Positions 11,791-23,365 of a DNA stretch of 64,000 bases are shown here, piece by piece. The stretch's first letter is position 1. Each line of letters begins with the position of its first letter. Source of the stretch: Fidelibacterota bacterium (GTDB lineage Bacteria > Fidelibacterota > Marinisomatia > Marinisomatales > JABMOV01); NCBI GenBank assembly GCA_046861395.1, contig JBHHUC010000004.1, forward strand, positions 14,589-78,588. Direction: 5' to 3'. The notes beneath the pieces were generated by a model, which was not told where the DNA came from, searched no databases, and worked only from the letters and a program-made list of their open reading frames with translations. A program made the translations under genes and the position numbers.

Positions 11791-12327
11791 TTAGCTACCT
11801 ACCGTCTTTCCTTGTTTAATTCTTACATATTCATCCTTATAGCGAATCCCTTTTCCTTTATAGGGCTCCGGCTTCCGGAACGAACGAATCTTCGCGGCGA
11901 CTTCACCGACTAATTGTTTATCTATCCCAGTGATAGTGATCTCCGTACGGCTGGCCTGGATATTGATCTCTTCCGGCGGATCAAATACAATGCTGTGTGA
12001 ATATCCTAGCTGTAAAATCAACCTGTTATTCTCGACCACAGCCTGATAACCAACCCCACGGATCTCCAGGACTTTCTGGAATCCTTCCGTGACACCAATA
12101 ACACAATTGGACAACAATTGGCGGGTCGTGCCGTGCAACGCTTTCTGGGTCTTGGATTCAGACGTCCGGGATACGACCAGGGTACCATTTTCCTGCACAA
12201 CCTTGATCTTGGGATGAACAGTGACGGATAACTGGCCTTTTTTACCCTTTACCGTCACCACATTATCCTGAAGAGTGACATTCACTCCTTCGGGAATGGA
12301 AATTGGATTATTACCTATTCTAGACAT
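11791..12327 (-). CDS. rplF: 50S ribosomal protein L6
   Basis: MSRIG, PEPYKGKGIRY. Confidence 0.98.
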   Translation of the reverse strand: MSRIGNNPISIPEGVNVTLQDNVVTVKGKKGQLSVTVHPKIKVVQENGTLVVSRTSESKTQKALHGTTRQLLSNCVIGVTEGFQKVLEIRGVGYQAVVENNRLILQLGYSHSIVFDPPEEINIQASRTEITITGIDKQLVGEVAAKIRSFRKPEPYKGKGIRYKDEYVRIKQGKTVGS

Positions 12328-12330
12328 AGT

Positions 12331-12729
12331 TTACCAGACATTGCATAATATTTCGCCGCCTACGTTTAACCGTTTGGCAGTTTTATTGGAAATCACACCC
12401 TTTGATGTGGACAAAATGGAAATTCCCAGGCCATCCAGGACACGGGGAATATCATCCGCACCCACATAGCGGCGGCAACCGGGTCTGCTCACACGTTCAA
12501 TACCAGTGATAATGGGTTTACCATGATAATCGTATTTAATAAACACACGAATGGAACTCTTATTTCCATCCGCAACAAACATAAAATCCTCAATATATTT
12601 TTCTTCCTTCAGAATGAAAGCAATGCGCTTTTTCAGATTGGACGAAGGGATATCCACCCACCGTTTATCGGCCCGCATTCCATTTCGGATTCTGGTGAGA
12701 AAATCTGCGATTGGATCTGTCATACCCAT
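12331..12729 (-). CDS. rpsH: 30S ribosomal protein S8
   Basis: DPIADFLTRIRN, SRPG, GLGISILSTSKG. Confidence 0.98.
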   Translation of the reverse strand: MGMTDPIADFLTRIRNGMRADKRWVDIPSSNLKKRIAFILKEEKYIEDFMFVADGNKSSIRVFIKYDYHGKPIITGIERVSRPGCRRYVGADDIPRVLDGLGISILSTSKGVISNKTAKRLNVGGEILCNVW

Positions 12730-12741
12730 GAAATTTGCTCC

Positions 12742-12927
12742 CTACCAGCTAGCCTTTGTGATTCCAGGAATTTCTCCCCGCAATGCCATTTCGCGGAAAC
12801 ATAGACGGCATAATCCAAAACGTCGGATATAGCCATGGGGACGACCACATTTAAAACACCGGTTATATTTTCTCGTCGAAAATTTTGCCTGTTTCCTGGC
12901 TTTTACAATTAGTGATTTCTTTGCCAT
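12742..12927 (-). CDS. rpsN: 30S ribosomal protein S14, type Z (Zn-binding)
   Basis: 61 aa; RCFKCGR...[16 protein letters not shown]. Confidence 0.97.
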   Translation of the reverse strand: MAKKSLIVKARKQAKFSTRKYNRCFKCGRPHGYIRRFGLCRLCFREMALRGEIPGITKASW

Positions 12928-13553
12928 TAAGCTGCCTCAGCTTCTTCTATGCTTTTTACCGGTTTTTCCCGTAACGGTAAGCCAAATTCCTTTAATAACC
13001 AATAGGCTTCGTCGTCGGTTTTTGCCGTTGTTGTAATAGTAATATTCATTCCCCGGATCGTATCAATTTTATCATAATCAATTTCCGTGAAAATGATCTG
13101 TTCGGTCACACCAAAGTTATAATTCCCACGCTTATCAAAGGATTTGAAGGATAAACCTCTGAAATCACGTGTACGGGGCAATGCAATTGAATTCAATCGC
13201 TCAAAGAATTCATACATCCGGTTAGCCCGTAAAGTCACCATTGCTCCCACCGGAAAACCCTTTCGGATTTTAAAGTTGGAAATATCTTTCCGTGATCGAG
13301 TAATGACGGCCTTTTGTCCCGCAATTAGATTCAGTTCTTTCAATGCACTCTCCAAGGCCTTCGAATTATTCTTGGCATCACCAATCCCGTAATTGATTGT
13401 AATCTTTTCCAGCCGCGGGACTTGCATGGCTGTTTTATACCCGAACCGCTTCATCAGGCTAGGAATAATGGTTTCCTGATAGATACGCTTATAATTAGGC
13501 GTATAGGAATCACTTTTCTTTGTGGTTTTTTTCTTTGTTTTCTTTTCGGCCAT
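12927..13553 (-). CDS. rplE: 50S ribosomal protein L5 (Lys-rich N-terminal extension)
   Basis: [24 protein letters not shown]. Confidence 0.97.
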   Translation of the reverse strand: MAEKKTKKKTTKKSDSYTPNYKRIYQETIIPSLMKRFGYKTAMQVPRLEKITINYGIGDAKNNSKALESALKELNLIAGQKAVITRSRKDISNFKIRKGFPVGAMVTLRANRMYEFFERLNSIALPRTRDFRGLSFKSFDKRGNYNFGVTEQIIFTEIDYDKIDTIRGMNITITTTAKTDDEAYWLLKEFGLPLREKPVKSIEEAEAA

Positions 13554-13554
13554 A

Positions 13555-13863
13555 TCAGAGCTCTATCTCTTCACCAGTTTTTTTTGCCACACGGACTTTG
13601 GAACCGTCTTCCAAATATTTATACCCGATCCGGGTTGGCTGCCCCCCATGTATTACCATCACATTGGAAACATGGATCGGTGCCTCCTTCTCAATAAAAC
13701 CGCCACTGGGATTTTCCTGTGAAGGCCGGGTTGAGCGGCGAATCAGATTTACACCTTCGATTATCACCCGATTTTTCTTGGGAAATACAAACAGAATCTT
13801 TCCTTCTTTCCCTTTGTGGTTGCCGCTAATTACCCGGACGGTCATTCCTTTTTTCACAAACAT
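13555..13863 (-). CDS. rplX: 50S ribosomal protein L24
   Basis: KOW motif [22 protein letters not shown]. Confidence 0.97.
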   Translation of the reverse strand: MFVKKGMTVRVISGNHKGKEGKILFVFPKKNRVIIEGVNLIRRSTRPSQENPSGGFIEKEAPIHVSNVMVIHGGQPTRIGYKYLEDGSKVRVAKKTGEEIEL

Positions 13864-14231
13864 TATAATACCTCCGGTGCCATCGAAACGATTTTCATAT
13901 AACCGCCATCACGCAATTCACGGGCTACTGGTCCGAAAATACGTGTGCCACGGGGTTCCCCCTGGGAATTCAACAGAACGGCGGCATTATCATCAAACCG
14001 AATGTAAGAACCGTCTTTCCGGCGGATTTCCTTCCGCGTACGGACGATGACCGCGCGTGTTACCTGTCCTTTTTTGACCATTCCACCGGGAATGGCTTTT
14101 TTAACGGTAACCACCACAATATCGCCGACCGATGCATAGCGACGACCCGAACCACCCAAAACCTTAAAGCACAGAACTTCTTTTGCTCCGGTATTGTCCG
14201 CTACTGTTAATCTAGTTTCCTGTTGAATCAC
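13863..14231 (-). CDS. rplN: 50S ribosomal protein L14
   Basis: [26 protein letters not shown] start. Confidence 0.98.
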   Translation of the reverse strand: MIQQETRLTVADNTGAKEVLCFKVLGGSGRRYASVGDIVVVTVKKAIPGGMVKKGQVTRAVIVRTRKEIRRKDGSYIRFDDNAAVLLNSQGEPRGTRIFGPVARELRDGGYMKIVSMAPEVL

Positions 14232-14236
14232 GATTC

Positions 14237-14503
14237 TTATCCAATATTTTTCGATTCACGAACGATTTCACTCACACGCCATTTCTTATTCTTACTCATG
14301 GGACGTGAGTGGATTATTTTAACCAGATCCCCTTCTTTCGGTACTACCGAGGATACATTGGCCATATATTTCTTATTACGGCGGATATATTTTTTATATA
14401 TAGGATGGGGAACCTTCCAGGAGACATCAACTACAACCGTTTTTTCCATTTTGGTACTGACAACTTCGCCAATTAAGGATTGTTTTTTACGCGTTACAGC
14501 CAT
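14237..14503 (-). CDS. rpsQ: 30S ribosomal protein S17
   Basis: [25 protein letters not shown]. Confidence 0.96.
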   Translation of the reverse strand: MAVTRKKQSLIGEVVSTKMEKTVVVDVSWKVPHPIYKKYIRRNKKYMANVSSVVPKEGDLVKIIHSRPMSKNKKWRVSEIVRESKNIG

Positions 14504-14721
14504 TATTTATCTCCATCCTTGATCTCTCTTATACCCAGCTCATATTCGTGTAAAACTGTTTTAATCTGGGCAATTTCCTTTTTTAAAAACCGAATCTGCA
14601 ACGGGTCCTCAATCTGTTGTAACGCTTTTTGAAACCGCAAATTCCTGAGCGCGTCCATATCATCCTGAAGCTTGAGCTCCAGTTCCGAAACGGTAAGTTC
14701 TTCTATCTGACTTCTTTTCAT
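14503..14721 (-). CDS. rpmC: 50S ribosomal protein L29
   Basis: NLRFQ...KKEIAQIKT; lies between rplP and rpsQ. Confidence 0.93.
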   Translation of the reverse strand: MKRSQIEELTVSELELKLQDDMDALRNLRFQKALQQIEDPLQIRFLKKEIAQIKTVLHEYELGIREIKDGDK

Positions 14722-14726
14722 GGTAC

Positions 14727-15140
14727 TTAAAACTCCCGCCGCTCAACTATTTTTGTTTTGATCGGTAATTTATGACTGGCATTGACAAACGCTTCCTCGG
14801 CCTGCTCGCGGGTAACACCTTCCACTTCAAATAGAATACGACCCGGTTTCACATTGGCCACCCAATACTCCGGGGCACCTTTCCCCTTACCCATACGGGT
14901 TTCCGCCGGTTTCGTGGTAATGGGCTTATCAGGGAATATCCGAATCCACATTTTCCCTATTTTACGCACGACACGGGCGATGGTGATACGGGAAGCCTCA
15001 ATCTGGCGGGCGGTGATCCAGCCGGGTTCCATGGCTTTCAAACCGTAGCTGCCGAAAGCGACATAATTTCCGCGCATGGCCATCCCACGACGATGTCCGC
15101 GATGATGACGACGATATTTAATTTTTTTCGGTTCTAACAT
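14727..15140 (-). CDS. rplP: 50S ribosomal protein L16
   Basis: [18 protein letters not shown]. Confidence 0.98.
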   Translation of the reverse strand: MLEPKKIKYRRHHRGHRRGMAMRGNYVAFGSYGLKAMEPGWITARQIEASRITIARVVRKIGKMWIRIFPDKPITTKPAETRMGKGKGAPEYWVANVKPGRILFEVEGVTREQAEEAFVNASHKLPIKTKIVERREF

Positions 15141-15142
15141 AT

Positions 15143-15775
15143 TTATTTACTACTGCTTATACCGTTACAAATCCATACTTTAATTCCGATGACTCCGTAA
15201 GTAGTGTGCGCTTCTGTTAGGCAGTAATCAATATCTGCTCTTAAGGTGTGCAATGGAACTTTCCCTTCCATGAATTTCTCACTACGGGCAATTTCAGCTC
15301 CCCCCAAACGTCCCGCCACATTAATACGAATTCCCTCAGCACCCATACGCATGGTAGATTGAATTGTTTTATTAACTACCCTCCGGTAGGATATTTTCTT
15401 CACCAGCTGATGAGCAATATTGGCACCTACGAGAGCAGCGTCAAGCTCGGGGCGTTTCACTTCAGAAATATTAATCTGGATATCTTTGTTGGTGAGTTGC
15501 TTTACTTCCCGTTTCAACCGGGACACTTCTTCGCCACCTTTTCCAATAACAATCCCAGGACGGGCTGTAAAAATGGTAACTGTCACCACCTTGGAGGTAC
15601 GGCTGATCTCAATTTTTGAAATACCAGCATTCGGCAGACGGATTTTCAGGTATTTTCTGATCCTCACATCTTCGGCCAACTCCTTGGCGAAGCTATCCTT
15701 TGGTGAAAACCATTTAGACCGCCAATTCTTATTGACGGACAATCTGAAACCAACTGGATGTGTTTTTTGACCCAA
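15143..15775 (-). CDS. rpsC: 30S ribosomal protein S3
   Basis: [42 protein letters not shown] start after GGAGG. Confidence 0.98.
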   Translation of the reverse strand: MGQKTHPVGFRLSVNKNWRSKWFSPKDSFAKELAEDVRIRKYLKIRLPNAGISKIEISRTSKVVTVTIFTARPGIVIGKGGEEVSRLKREVKQLTNKDIQINISEVKRPELDAALVGANIAHQLVKKISYRRVVNKTIQSTMRMGAEGIRINVAGRLGGAEIARSEKFMEGKVPLHTLRADIDYCLTEAHTTYGVIGIKVWICNGISSSK

Positions 15776-15787
15776 AATTCCTCCGAA

Positions 15788-16132
15788 TTATTTGCTGTCA
15801 GAAACAACAATAGTTAAATGAGCTGACGGGCGACGCAACCGGCTAGCTCGACCCATGGATGCAGCGCGAAACCGTTTCATCACCGGTCCACCATCCACAT
15901 AGGCTTGCACGATATATAATGATTCCGGATCGATCGATTTATCATCCGATATCACCATCAGGTTCGCTACGGCTGATCGTAAGGTCTTTTCAATGACCAC
16001 GGCAGCCTTTTCCGGTGAAAAATGCAGCGTATTTAACGCCGCGCCGACTTGCTTCCCGCGGACTAGTTCAAGCGTCTTACGAACTTTCCGGGGAGATTGA
16101 CGGATATAACGATGTTTTGCTGTCGCTTCCAT
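15788..16132 (-). CDS. rplV: 50S ribosomal protein L22
   Basis: RQSPRKVR, SAVAN, VDGGP-MKRF. Confidence 0.97.
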   Translation of the reverse strand: MEATAKHRYIRQSPRKVRKTLELVRGKQVGAALNTLHFSPEKAAVVIEKTLRSAVANLMVISDDKSIDPESLYIVQAYVDGGPVMKRFRAASMGRASRLRRPSAHLTIVVSDSK

Positions 16133-16134
16133 GT

Positions 16135-16404
16135 TTAATTCTTTCTATCTCCCGAATGCATTCTAAAGGTTCGTGTGGGTGCAAATTCACCTAACTTATG
16201 TCCCACCATATTTTCATAGATATAAACCGGGATAAATTTATTCCCGTTATGCACAGCCAGGGTATGACCTACAAATTCCGGTGTAATCATTGAACGGCGG
16301 GACCAGGTTTTTATTACCTTCTTTTTCCCCGCTTCATTCATAGCCTCAATTTTCTTCAGGAGTTTTTCATCGACGAAAGGACCCTTTTTCAAGGAACGTG
16401 GCAT
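16135..16404 (-). CDS. rpsS: 30S ribosomal protein S19
   Basis: [26 protein letters not shown]. Confidence 0.98.
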   Translation of the reverse strand: MPRSLKKGPFVDEKLLKKIEAMNEAGKKKVIKTWSRRSMITPEFVGHTLAVHNGNKFIPVYIYENMVGHKLGEFAPTRTFRMHSGDRKN

Positions 16405-16405
16405 A

Positions 16406-17230
16406 TTACTTTCTCCTCCTGATAATCATATCATTGGATTTCTTATTTTTCTTTCTGGTATTATAGCCCTTGGTCGGTTTTCCCCACGGTGTTTTTGGGT
16501 GACCACCACCGGATGTTTTACCTTCACCACCACCCATGGGATGATCAACCGGGTTCATCGCCACGCCACGCACGGTCGGTCGACGACCTAACCAGCGGCT
16601 TCGCCCTGCTTTTCCGGAAATAATCTGTTCATGAGTCCGATTCCCAACCTGACCTAGCGTAGCGTAACAGGTTTCACGAACCATTCGAACTTCCCCGGAG
16701 GGTAACTTCAGTGTCGTAAATCCTTCATCATGAGCCATTACTTGAGCCACTACACCGGCACTGCGTACCAACTGTCCACCCTTACCCGGAACCAGCTCAA
16801 CATTATGAACAAACATACCAGTAGGGATCTTTTTCAGCGGCAAAGCATTCCCGGTCTTTAAAGGCACATCTTCACCGGACACAATACTCATTCCCACCTT
16901 CAAATCAACAGGTGCCAGAATATATCGTTTTTCACCGTCGGCATAATGAATCAGCGCAATGTTTGCCGACCGATTCGGGTCATATTCAATTGTGACCACT
17001 TTACCGGGGATGTCATATTTATTCCGTTTAAAATCAATGATACGGTAACGACGACGATGACCGCCACCACGATGACGGCAGGTAATGCGACCGCTGTTAT
17101 TTCTGCCACCGGTTTTACGCAGGGCAACGGTTAAGGATTTTTCCGGCTTATCCGTCGTGATTTCACTAAAATCGGAACGAGTCGCAAACCTATTGCCGGG
17201 AGTGGTCGGTTTTATTGTCCTGATTCCCAT
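16406..17230 (-). CDS. rplB: 50S ribosomal protein L2
   Basis: [23 protein letters not shown]. Confidence 0.98.
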   Translation of the reverse strand: MGIRTIKPTTPGNRFATRSDFSEITTDKPEKSLTVALRKTGGRNNSGRITCRHRGGGHRRRYRIIDFKRNKYDIPGKVVTIEYDPNRSANIALIHYADGEKRYILAPVDLKVGMSIVSGEDVPLKTGNALPLKKIPTGMFVHNVELVPGKGGQLVRSAGVVAQVMAHDEGFTTLKLPSGEVRMVRETCYATLGQVGNRTHEQIISGKAGRSRWLGRRPTVRGVAMNPVDHPMGGGEGKTSGGGHPKTPWGKPTKGYNTRKKNKKSNDMIIRRRK

Positions 17231-17547
17231 TAACCTTCACCCTTCAATAAATCGATTGAATATCCATCCTGCAACGTAACTACAGCCCGTTTCCAATTTG
17301 AGCGCCGTCCCGTAGTCCGTATTGTCCTCCCACCGGAACGCACGGTCATCTGCTTGGCCTTTCCTTTGCGATTCATGGTTGCAACCTTGACTACTTTCAC
17401 ATCAAACAATTCCTCAACCGCACGTTTGATGGAAATTTTATTCGCGCCCGGGTCAACCTCGAAAGCGTATTTACGTTCTGTCTCTTCAAGGATGCTCATT
17501 TTCTCCGTAAATATCGGTCTGATAATGATATCTTTAAAATCCGGCAT
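17230..17547 (-). CDS. rplW: 50S ribosomal protein L23
   Basis: [27 protein letters not shown]; start moved to ATG 17547. Confidence 0.96.
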   Translation of the reverse strand: MPDFKDIIIRPIFTEKMSILEETERKYAFEVDPGANKISIKRAVEELFDVKVVKVATMNRKGKAKQMTVRSGGRTIRTTGRRSNWKRAVVTLQDGYSIDLLKGEG

Positions 17548-17548
17548 T

Positions 17549-18181
17549 TTAATTCTTTTCACTTAATGTTTCATTGAGCAAGGCTAATCCCGCCTTATCA
17601 AATAGCAGTACGTCGCTATCCACCAGATCATAGGTACTGGCATGCGTACTGGGAATAACCGTTACATTCTTGATATTTCTGAAACTGAGTAATACATTTT
17701 CTTCAACGACAGCCGGAAGAAAAACGACTTTTTTACCGGCAATACCCAGGGTCATCAACAGCTCCTGTGCCACTTTTGTTCTGGGGCCATCCAGCTCAAT
17801 CTTATCAATGACAATAATGGCATTCTCCGCCGCCTTACCGGATAATACGCTGCGACGAGCCAAACGATTCATCTTTTTGGGCATATGCTTGCCGTATGGA
17901 TGAGGCTGAGGACCGAAAACCGTTCCACCACCACGCCAAATGGGTGATCGTGTGGAACCGGCTCGAGCGGCACCACGACCTTTTTGTTTCCAGGGCTTCT
18001 TTCCTCCCCCGCTGACCTTGCCGCGCGTTTTGGAAGAATGGGTCCCTTGCCGCATATTGGTTAATTCCATTTCCACGGCTTGATGAATCACAGCCATATT
18101 GGGTTCAATCCCGAAAACGGATTTATCCACCTTGATTTTTTTGCTCTCACTGCCATCGCTGTTTTTAACTAAGATGTCCAT
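17549..18181 (-). CDS. rplD: 50S ribosomal protein L4
   Basis: RQGT, KPWKQKGRGAARAG, GGGTVFGP. Confidence 0.98.
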   Translation of the reverse strand: MDILVKNSDGSESKKIKVDKSVFGIEPNMAVIHQAVEMELTNMRQGTHSSKTRGKVSGGGKKPWKQKGRGAARAGSTRSPIWRGGGTVFGPQPHPYGKHMPKKMNRLARRSVLSGKAAENAIIVIDKIELDGPRTKVAQELLMTLGIAGKKVVFLPAVVEENVLLSFRNIKNVTVIPSTHASTYDLVDSDVLLFDKAGLALLNETLSEKN

Positions 18182-18183
18182 AA

Positions 18184-18801
18184 TTATTTCGTAATGGTTA
18201 AATATCCGTTATTCGCGCCCGGGACTGCACCCTTGAGGTAAAGCTGGTTTTTCTCCGGGTCAACACCAACTACCTCCAAATTTCGCACGGTTACATTGTC
18301 AACGCCATAATGACCAGCCATTTTCATACCCTTGAACACCCGGGACGGATCGGATGCCTGTCCGATGGAACCAGGGTGGCGCAGGTATTCGCTCTGACCG
18401 TGTGTTTCATTCTGGCGTTGAAAATTGTGCCGTTTTATTACACCGGCGAAACCGCGACCTTTTGACGTTCCGCGGACATTGACTTTATCGCCCACCCTGA
18501 ACAATGTCACAGTAAATTTCTGTCCAGTCTGATAATCAAAACCCGGCACAGGTTTGAATTCAGCGATAATTTTCTTCGGCGATGTGCCCGCTTTCTCAAA
18601 ATGCCCAGCCAAAGGTTTACTAGTGTGCTTCATCTTCCGCTCACCAAACCCCACCTGGACAGCATTATAGCCGTCGTGATCTTCGGTTTTCACCTGGGTC
18701 ACAACGCAGGGACCGGCTTCAATCACCGTTGCCGGCAGAACTTTCCCCTGATCGTTATAGATCTGGGTCATTCCAATCTTTTTTCCTATCAATCCACGCA
18801 T
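18184..18801 (-). CDS. rplC: 50S ribosomal protein L3
   Basis: [22 protein letters not shown]. Confidence 0.98.
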   Translation of the reverse strand: MRGLIGKKIGMTQIYNDQGKVLPATVIEAGPCVVTQVKTEDHDGYNAVQVGFGERKMKHTSKPLAGHFEKAGTSPKKIIAEFKPVPGFDYQTGQKFTVTLFRVGDKVNVRGTSKGRGFAGVIKRHNFQRQNETHGQSEYLRHPGSIGQASDPSRVFKGMKMAGHYGVDNVTVRNLEVVGVDPEKNQLYLKGAVPGANNGYLTITK

Positions 18802-18805
18802 TTGA

Positions 18806-19114
18806 TCAAACCTTTATCTCAATATCCACACCGGCTGGAAGATCCAGCTTCATAAGAGATTCAACCGTTTTGGGGGTTGAATTGAGGATATCCACGACCC
18901 GTTTGTGTATTTTCGTTTGGAACTGTTCCCGGGATTTCTTATCAACATGAGGAGAACGCAATACCGTATAAATGGTACGTTTCGTCGGCATGGGAATCGG
19001 GCCTGAAATAACGGCACCCGTCGATTTAGCCGTTTTCACGATCTTCTCGGTTGACTTATCCAGCAGAGAATGATCGTAGGCTTTTAAACTGATTCTAATG
19101 GATTGCTTCGGCAC
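18806..19114 (-). CDS. rpsJ: 30S ribosomal protein S10
   Basis: [29 protein letters not shown] start. Confidence 0.98.
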   Translation of the reverse strand: MPKQSIRISLKAYDHSLLDKSTEKIVKTAKSTGAVISGPIPMPTKRTIYTVLRSPHVDKKSREQFQTKIHKRVVDILNSTPKTVESLMKLDLPAGVDIEIKV

Positions 19115-20324
19115 GTTTCAGTCCTTACTTAATTATCTCCGTTACAACACCGGCTCCCACCGTATGCCCTCCTTCACGAATCGCAAAGCGCAATTCCTTA
19201 TCCATCGCAATCGGGGTTATCAACTCTACCGTTAATTCCACCTGATCACCTGGCATCACCATCTCCGTTCCCTCCGGCAAATGGGCCACTCCCGTGACAT
19301 CCGTCGTACGGAAGTAAAACTGCGGCCGATATCCATCAAAAAACGGTGTGTGACGTCCGCCCTCTTCCTTCTTCAACACATACACATTGGCCTTGAAATT
19401 CGTATGCGGTGTAATACTCCCCGGTTTGGCCAATACCATCCCGCGGGATAATTCGTCCTTGTCCACACCACGCAGCAATAATCCGGCATTATCTCCGGCA
19501 CGACCTTCATCCAATATCTTACGGAACATCTCAACACCGGTACATACCGTCTTGCGATGAACCCCCATACCAAGAATCTCTAACTCATCACCAACCTTCA
19601 CGATTCCGCGCTCAATACGTCCCGTACCCACCGTACCACGACCGGTAATGCTGAATACATCTTCCACCGGCATTAAAAACGGCTTATCAATATCACGCTT
19701 CGGTTCCGGAATAAAGCTGTCACAGGCATCCAGTAATTCCACGATCGATTTCGTCGCCTCTGCATCACTAGGATTATTCAGTGCCGTTAATGCACTCCCC
19801 ATGATAATCGGGGTATCATCCCCCGGAAATTCATATTCATTCAATAAATCACGTAATTCCATCTCCACCAGCTCCAACAGCTCCGGATCATCCACCTGGT
19901 CTGTCTTATTCATATAAACCACAATGCTGGGAACATTCACCTGGCGAGCCAACAATACATGCTCACGGGTCTGCGGCATGGGACCATCGGCGGCACTTAC
20001 TACCAGAATCGCGCCATCCATCTGAGCGGCTCCCGTGATCATGTTCTTGATATAATCCGCATGGCCCGGACAATCCACATGGGCATAATGACGATTCTCC
20101 GTCTCATACTCCACATGAGCCGTCTGGATCGTAATACCACGCTCACGCTCTTCCGGAGCGTTATCAATCGAATCAAATGACCGTACCTCTGACATCCCGC
20201 GGGCACCCTGTACCAGAGTGATTGCCGCCGTTAATGTCGTCTTACCATGATCTACATGACCTATCGTTCCGATGTTTATATGAGGCTTCGTCCTCTCAAA
20301 TTTTGCCTTTGACATGGGTCCTCC
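19112..20324. repeat. Copy 1 of a 1213-bp direct repeat (tuf cassette)
   Basis: Matches 34549..35761 (offset 15437). No mismatch seen; ORF translations in the other frames are also identical. Confidence 0.9.
19125..20315 (-). CDS. tuf: Elongation factor Tu (str-operon copy)
   Basis: [21 protein letters not shown]. Confidence 0.99.
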   Translation of the reverse strand: MSKAKFERTKPHINIGTIGHVDHGKTTLTAAITLVQGARGMSEVRSFDSIDNAPEERERGITIQTAHVEYETENRHYAHVDCPGHADYIKNMITGAAQMDGAILVVSAADGPMPQTREHVLLARQVNVPSIVVYMNKTDQVDDPELLELVEMELRDLLNEYEFPGDDTPIIMGSALTALNNPSDAEATKSIVELLDACDSFIPEPKRDIDKPFLMPVEDVFSITGRGTVGTGRIERGIVKVGDELEILGMGVHRKTVCTGVEMFRKILDEGRAGDNAGLLLRGVDKDELSRGMVLAKPGSITPHTNFKANVYVLKKEEGGRHTPFFDGYRPQFYFRTTDVTGVAHLPEGTEMVMPGDQVELTVELITPIAMDKELRFAIREGGHTVGAGVVTEIIK

Positions 20325-22415
20325 TTAAGACGCCTTTCCGTGAACACGTTCCATGATTTCAGTCTGGACACTGGCAGGGACTTTCTGATAATTTGAAAAT
20401 TCCATATGAAAAACAGCCCGCCCCTGTGTGATCGAACGCAGATCCGTGGCGTATCCAAACATGCGACTCAGTGGAACCGATGCCGTAATGACCTGAGCAT
20501 CTTTCCGTTGAGCCATTCCATCAATTTTTCCGCGACGGGAATTAATATCCCCCATCACATCTCCTAAATATTCTTCCGGTGTAACAATTTCAACATTCAT
20601 AATCGGTTCCATCAATACCGGTCGCGCTTTACGACAGGCTTCCTGAATTGCCATCGATCCTGCGACCTTAAACGCAATTTCAGAACTATCCACTTCATGA
20701 TAAGAACCAAAAACCAACTCAACCCTTACATCCTCGATGGGATAGCCAGCCAGCACACCATTGCTCAGGGCTTCCTTGATCCCCTCATTCACAGGATTGA
20801 TATATTCACGGGGAATGACACCACCCACGATCTTGTTCTCGAAATGATACCCCTTACCCTCTTCATTGGGTTCGACATTGATAACGACGTGACCATACTG
20901 TCCGCGACCACCGGATTGCCGCACGAATTTTTTATCAACTTTTTCCACACGGGTCGTAATCGCTTCCGTATATGCCACCTGCGGTGTTCCCACATTGGCC
21001 CGAACTTTAAATTCCCGCAATAAACGGTCGATCAGAATTTCCAAATGCAACTCACCCATTCCGGCAATGATGGTCTGCCCCGTATCCTCATTCGTTGAAA
21101 CCCGGAAGGTAGGATCTTCCTCAGACAACTTCACAAGACTCTTAGAGAGATTATCCTGATCAGCTTTACTTACCGGCTCTACTGACACCTCAACTACCGG
21201 CTCGGGGAAGTCCATGGATTCCAGAACGATGGGATGTTTTTCATCACATAAGGTATGCCCGGTATTCGTGGATTTCAATCCGACAGCGGCAACAATTTCA
21301 CCGGCCGCTACCCTTTGCATATCTTCACGTTTATTCGCATGCATCAGAACCAGCCGACTGATCCGCTCCCGTTTCCCCGTATTGGGGTTAAAAATATATG
21401 ACCCCTTTTCCAATACTCCGGAATAAACCCGGATATAGGTTAAACGTCCAACAAAGGGGTCGGTCGTAATCTTGAAAGCCAGCGCACTAAAGGGCTCTTT
21501 TTCGTCAGGTTCCCGCTTTAATTCAACATCGGAATCATTGGGTTTTACACCAACAATTGCGCCCACATCCAACGGAGAGGGCAAGAAATCAACAATTGCA
21601 TCCAGCAATCTCTGCACACCCTTGTTCTTAAACGCTGAACCACACAGTGTGGGTACAAATGTATTATCAAGACACCCTTTTCTCAACGCGGCCTTTATTT
21701 CATCAACGGTGATTTCTTCATCACCTAAATATTTTTCCAGGAGTCGTTCATCATAGGTTGCCGTTTCCTCAATCAAATGATGGCGCCATTTTTCCGCCAC
21801 CTCTTGCATGTCAGCCGGAATATCGGCATAATCAAAGCGCGCCCCCAGAGTGGATTCATTATAGAGAATTGCTTTCATAGATAGCAGATCGACAATCCCC
21901 GTAAATAATTCACCCGCACCAATGGGAATCACAAGGGGCAGAGGATTGGCATGGAGCCGGGATTTCATCATATCAACAACATGATAGAAATCAGAACCGA
22001 CACGATCCATTTTATTTACAAAGGCAATCCGGGGAACATCATATTTATCCGCCTGTCGCCACACCGTTTCACTTTGCGGCTCAACGCCGCCCACGGCACA
22101 AAATACGGCCACTGCACCATCCAGCACACGGAGGGAACGTTCCACTTCGACGGTAAAATCGACGTGACCAGGGGTATCGATAATATTAATCCGATGATCA
22201 TCCCAAAGGCAGGTTGTCGCAGCGGATGTAATGGTAATACCCCGCTCTTTTTCCTGCTCCATCCAGTCCATAGTGGCACCGCCTTCATGGACTTCACCGA
22301 TTTTATGGGTCCGGCCGGTATAATACAAAACGCGCTCGGTCAAAGTTGTTTTTCCGGCATCGATATGGGCCATAATACCAATATTGCGGACGCGGTCTAA
22401 AGGAATCAGCTTCAT
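20325..22415 (-). CDS. fusA: Elongation factor G
   Basis: [27 protein letters not shown]. Confidence 0.99.
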   Translation of the reverse strand: MKLIPLDRVRNIGIMAHIDAGKTTLTERVLYYTGRTHKIGEVHEGGATMDWMEQEKERGITITSAATTCLWDDHRINIIDTPGHVDFTVEVERSLRVLDGAVAVFCAVGGVEPQSETVWRQADKYDVPRIAFVNKMDRVGSDFYHVVDMMKSRLHANPLPLVIPIGAGELFTGIVDLLSMKAILYNESTLGARFDYADIPADMQEVAEKWRHHLIEETATYDERLLEKYLGDEEITVDEIKAALRKGCLDNTFVPTLCGSAFKNKGVQRLLDAIVDFLPSPLDVGAIVGVKPNDSDVELKREPDEKEPFSALAFKITTDPFVGRLTYIRVYSGVLEKGSYIFNPNTGKRERISRLVLMHANKREDMQRVAAGEIVAAVGLKSTNTGHTLCDEKHPIVLESMDFPEPVVEVSVEPVSKADQDNLSKSLVKLSEEDPTFRVSTNEDTGQTIIAGMGELHLEILIDRLLREFKVRANVGTPQVAYTEAITTRVEKVDKKFVRQSGGRGQYGHVVINVEPNEEGKGYHFENKIVGGVIPREYINPVNEGIKEALSNGVLAGYPIEDVRVELVFGSYHEVDSSEIAFKVAGSMAIQEACRKARPVLMEPIMNVEIVTPEEYLGDVMGDINSRRGKIDGMAQRKDAQVITASVPLSRMFGYATDLRSITQGRAVFHMEFSNYQKVPASVQTEIMERVHGKAS

Positions 22416-22426
22416 CAGTGACTATA

Positions 22427-22891
22427 TTATCGGAAATGCGCAAACGCTTTGTTTGCTTCCGCCATTCTATGGGTATCATCTTTCTTCTTGATTGCGCCAC
22501 CTTCATTATTTGCAGCTGCAATCAACTCCAGTGCAAGCCGATCGGCCATCGGCTTACCCTTCCGGCCCCGGGAAGCATTTATAATCCATAGTGATGCCAG
22601 GTAAAACTGACGATGCTTGGGAACCTCTATCGGCACCTGATATGTGGCACCACCAATACGGCGTGATTTTACTTCCAGTTGCGGGGAAGCATTTTCAATA
22701 GCCGTTTTAAATATCTTCAAACCGTCGGTTTTGGTCTTCTGTTTGATGGAATCCATGGCACCATAGAAAATATTTTCTGCGACACCTTTTTTTCCACGCT
22801 TCATAAGATAATTGACAAATTTAGCAACGGCTAAATCCTGGAACACCGGATCCGGCAATATCTGTCTTTTTTCTGGACGTCTTCTTCTCAT
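22427..22891 (-). CDS. rpsG: 30S ribosomal protein S7
   Basis: [27 protein letters not shown]. Confidence 0.98.
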   Translation of the reverse strand: MRRRRPEKRQILPDPVFQDLAVAKFVNYLMKRGKKGVAENIFYGAMDSIKQKTKTDGLKIFKTAIENASPQLEVKSRRIGGATYQVPIEVPKHRQFYLASLWIINASRGRKGKPMADRLALELIAAANNEGGAIKKKDDTHRMAEANKAFAHFR

Positions 22892-22900
22892 GTTAAACCA

Positions 22901-23275
22901 TTAAGCTTTCGGGCGTTTAGCTCCATAACGTGAACGACTGGTCTTCCGGTCGGAAACACCCGCCGTATCCAAAGTTCCTCTGATAATATGATACCGAACT
23001 CCGGGCAAATCCTTCACACGACCACCCTCGATTAAAACAATGGAGTGTTCCTGAAGATTATGACCTTCCCCCGGAATATAAGCGGCAACTTCCATGCCGT
23101 TTGTCAGGCGTACACGAGCGACTTTCCGTAAGGCTGAATTCGGTTTTTTAGGGGTCGTTGTATATACACGAGTACACACACCCCGCTTCTGCGGGTTTCC
23201 TTTTAAAGCCGGTGTCGATGTCTTCTTGACAACCCGCTTTCTTCCGTTGCGAATGAGTTGATTTATTGTCGGCAT
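22901..23275 (-). CDS. rpsL: 30S ribosomal protein S12
   Basis: [22 protein letters not shown]. Confidence 0.99.
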   Translation of the reverse strand: MPTINQLIRNGRKRVVKKTSTPALKGNPQKRGVCTRVYTTTPKKPNSALRKVARVRLTNGMEVAAYIPGEGHNLQEHSIVLIEGGRVKDLPGVRYHIIRGTLDTAGVSDRKTSRSRYGAKRPKA

Positions 23276-23298
23276 ATTAGATTATTATTTAGCCCATA

Positions 23299-23328
23299 AA
23301 GTTATCGATGAATTGAAAATGGACGCAA
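23299..23328 (-). promoter_or_regulatory. Possible sigma70-type promoter upstream of rpsL
   Basis: TTGCGT-18 bp-TAACTT in the 90-bp rpoC-rpsL gap. Confidence 0.35.
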
Positions 23329-23365
23329 AACATTTTTGTCTCATAACTGTACGAATTTCTACCGA

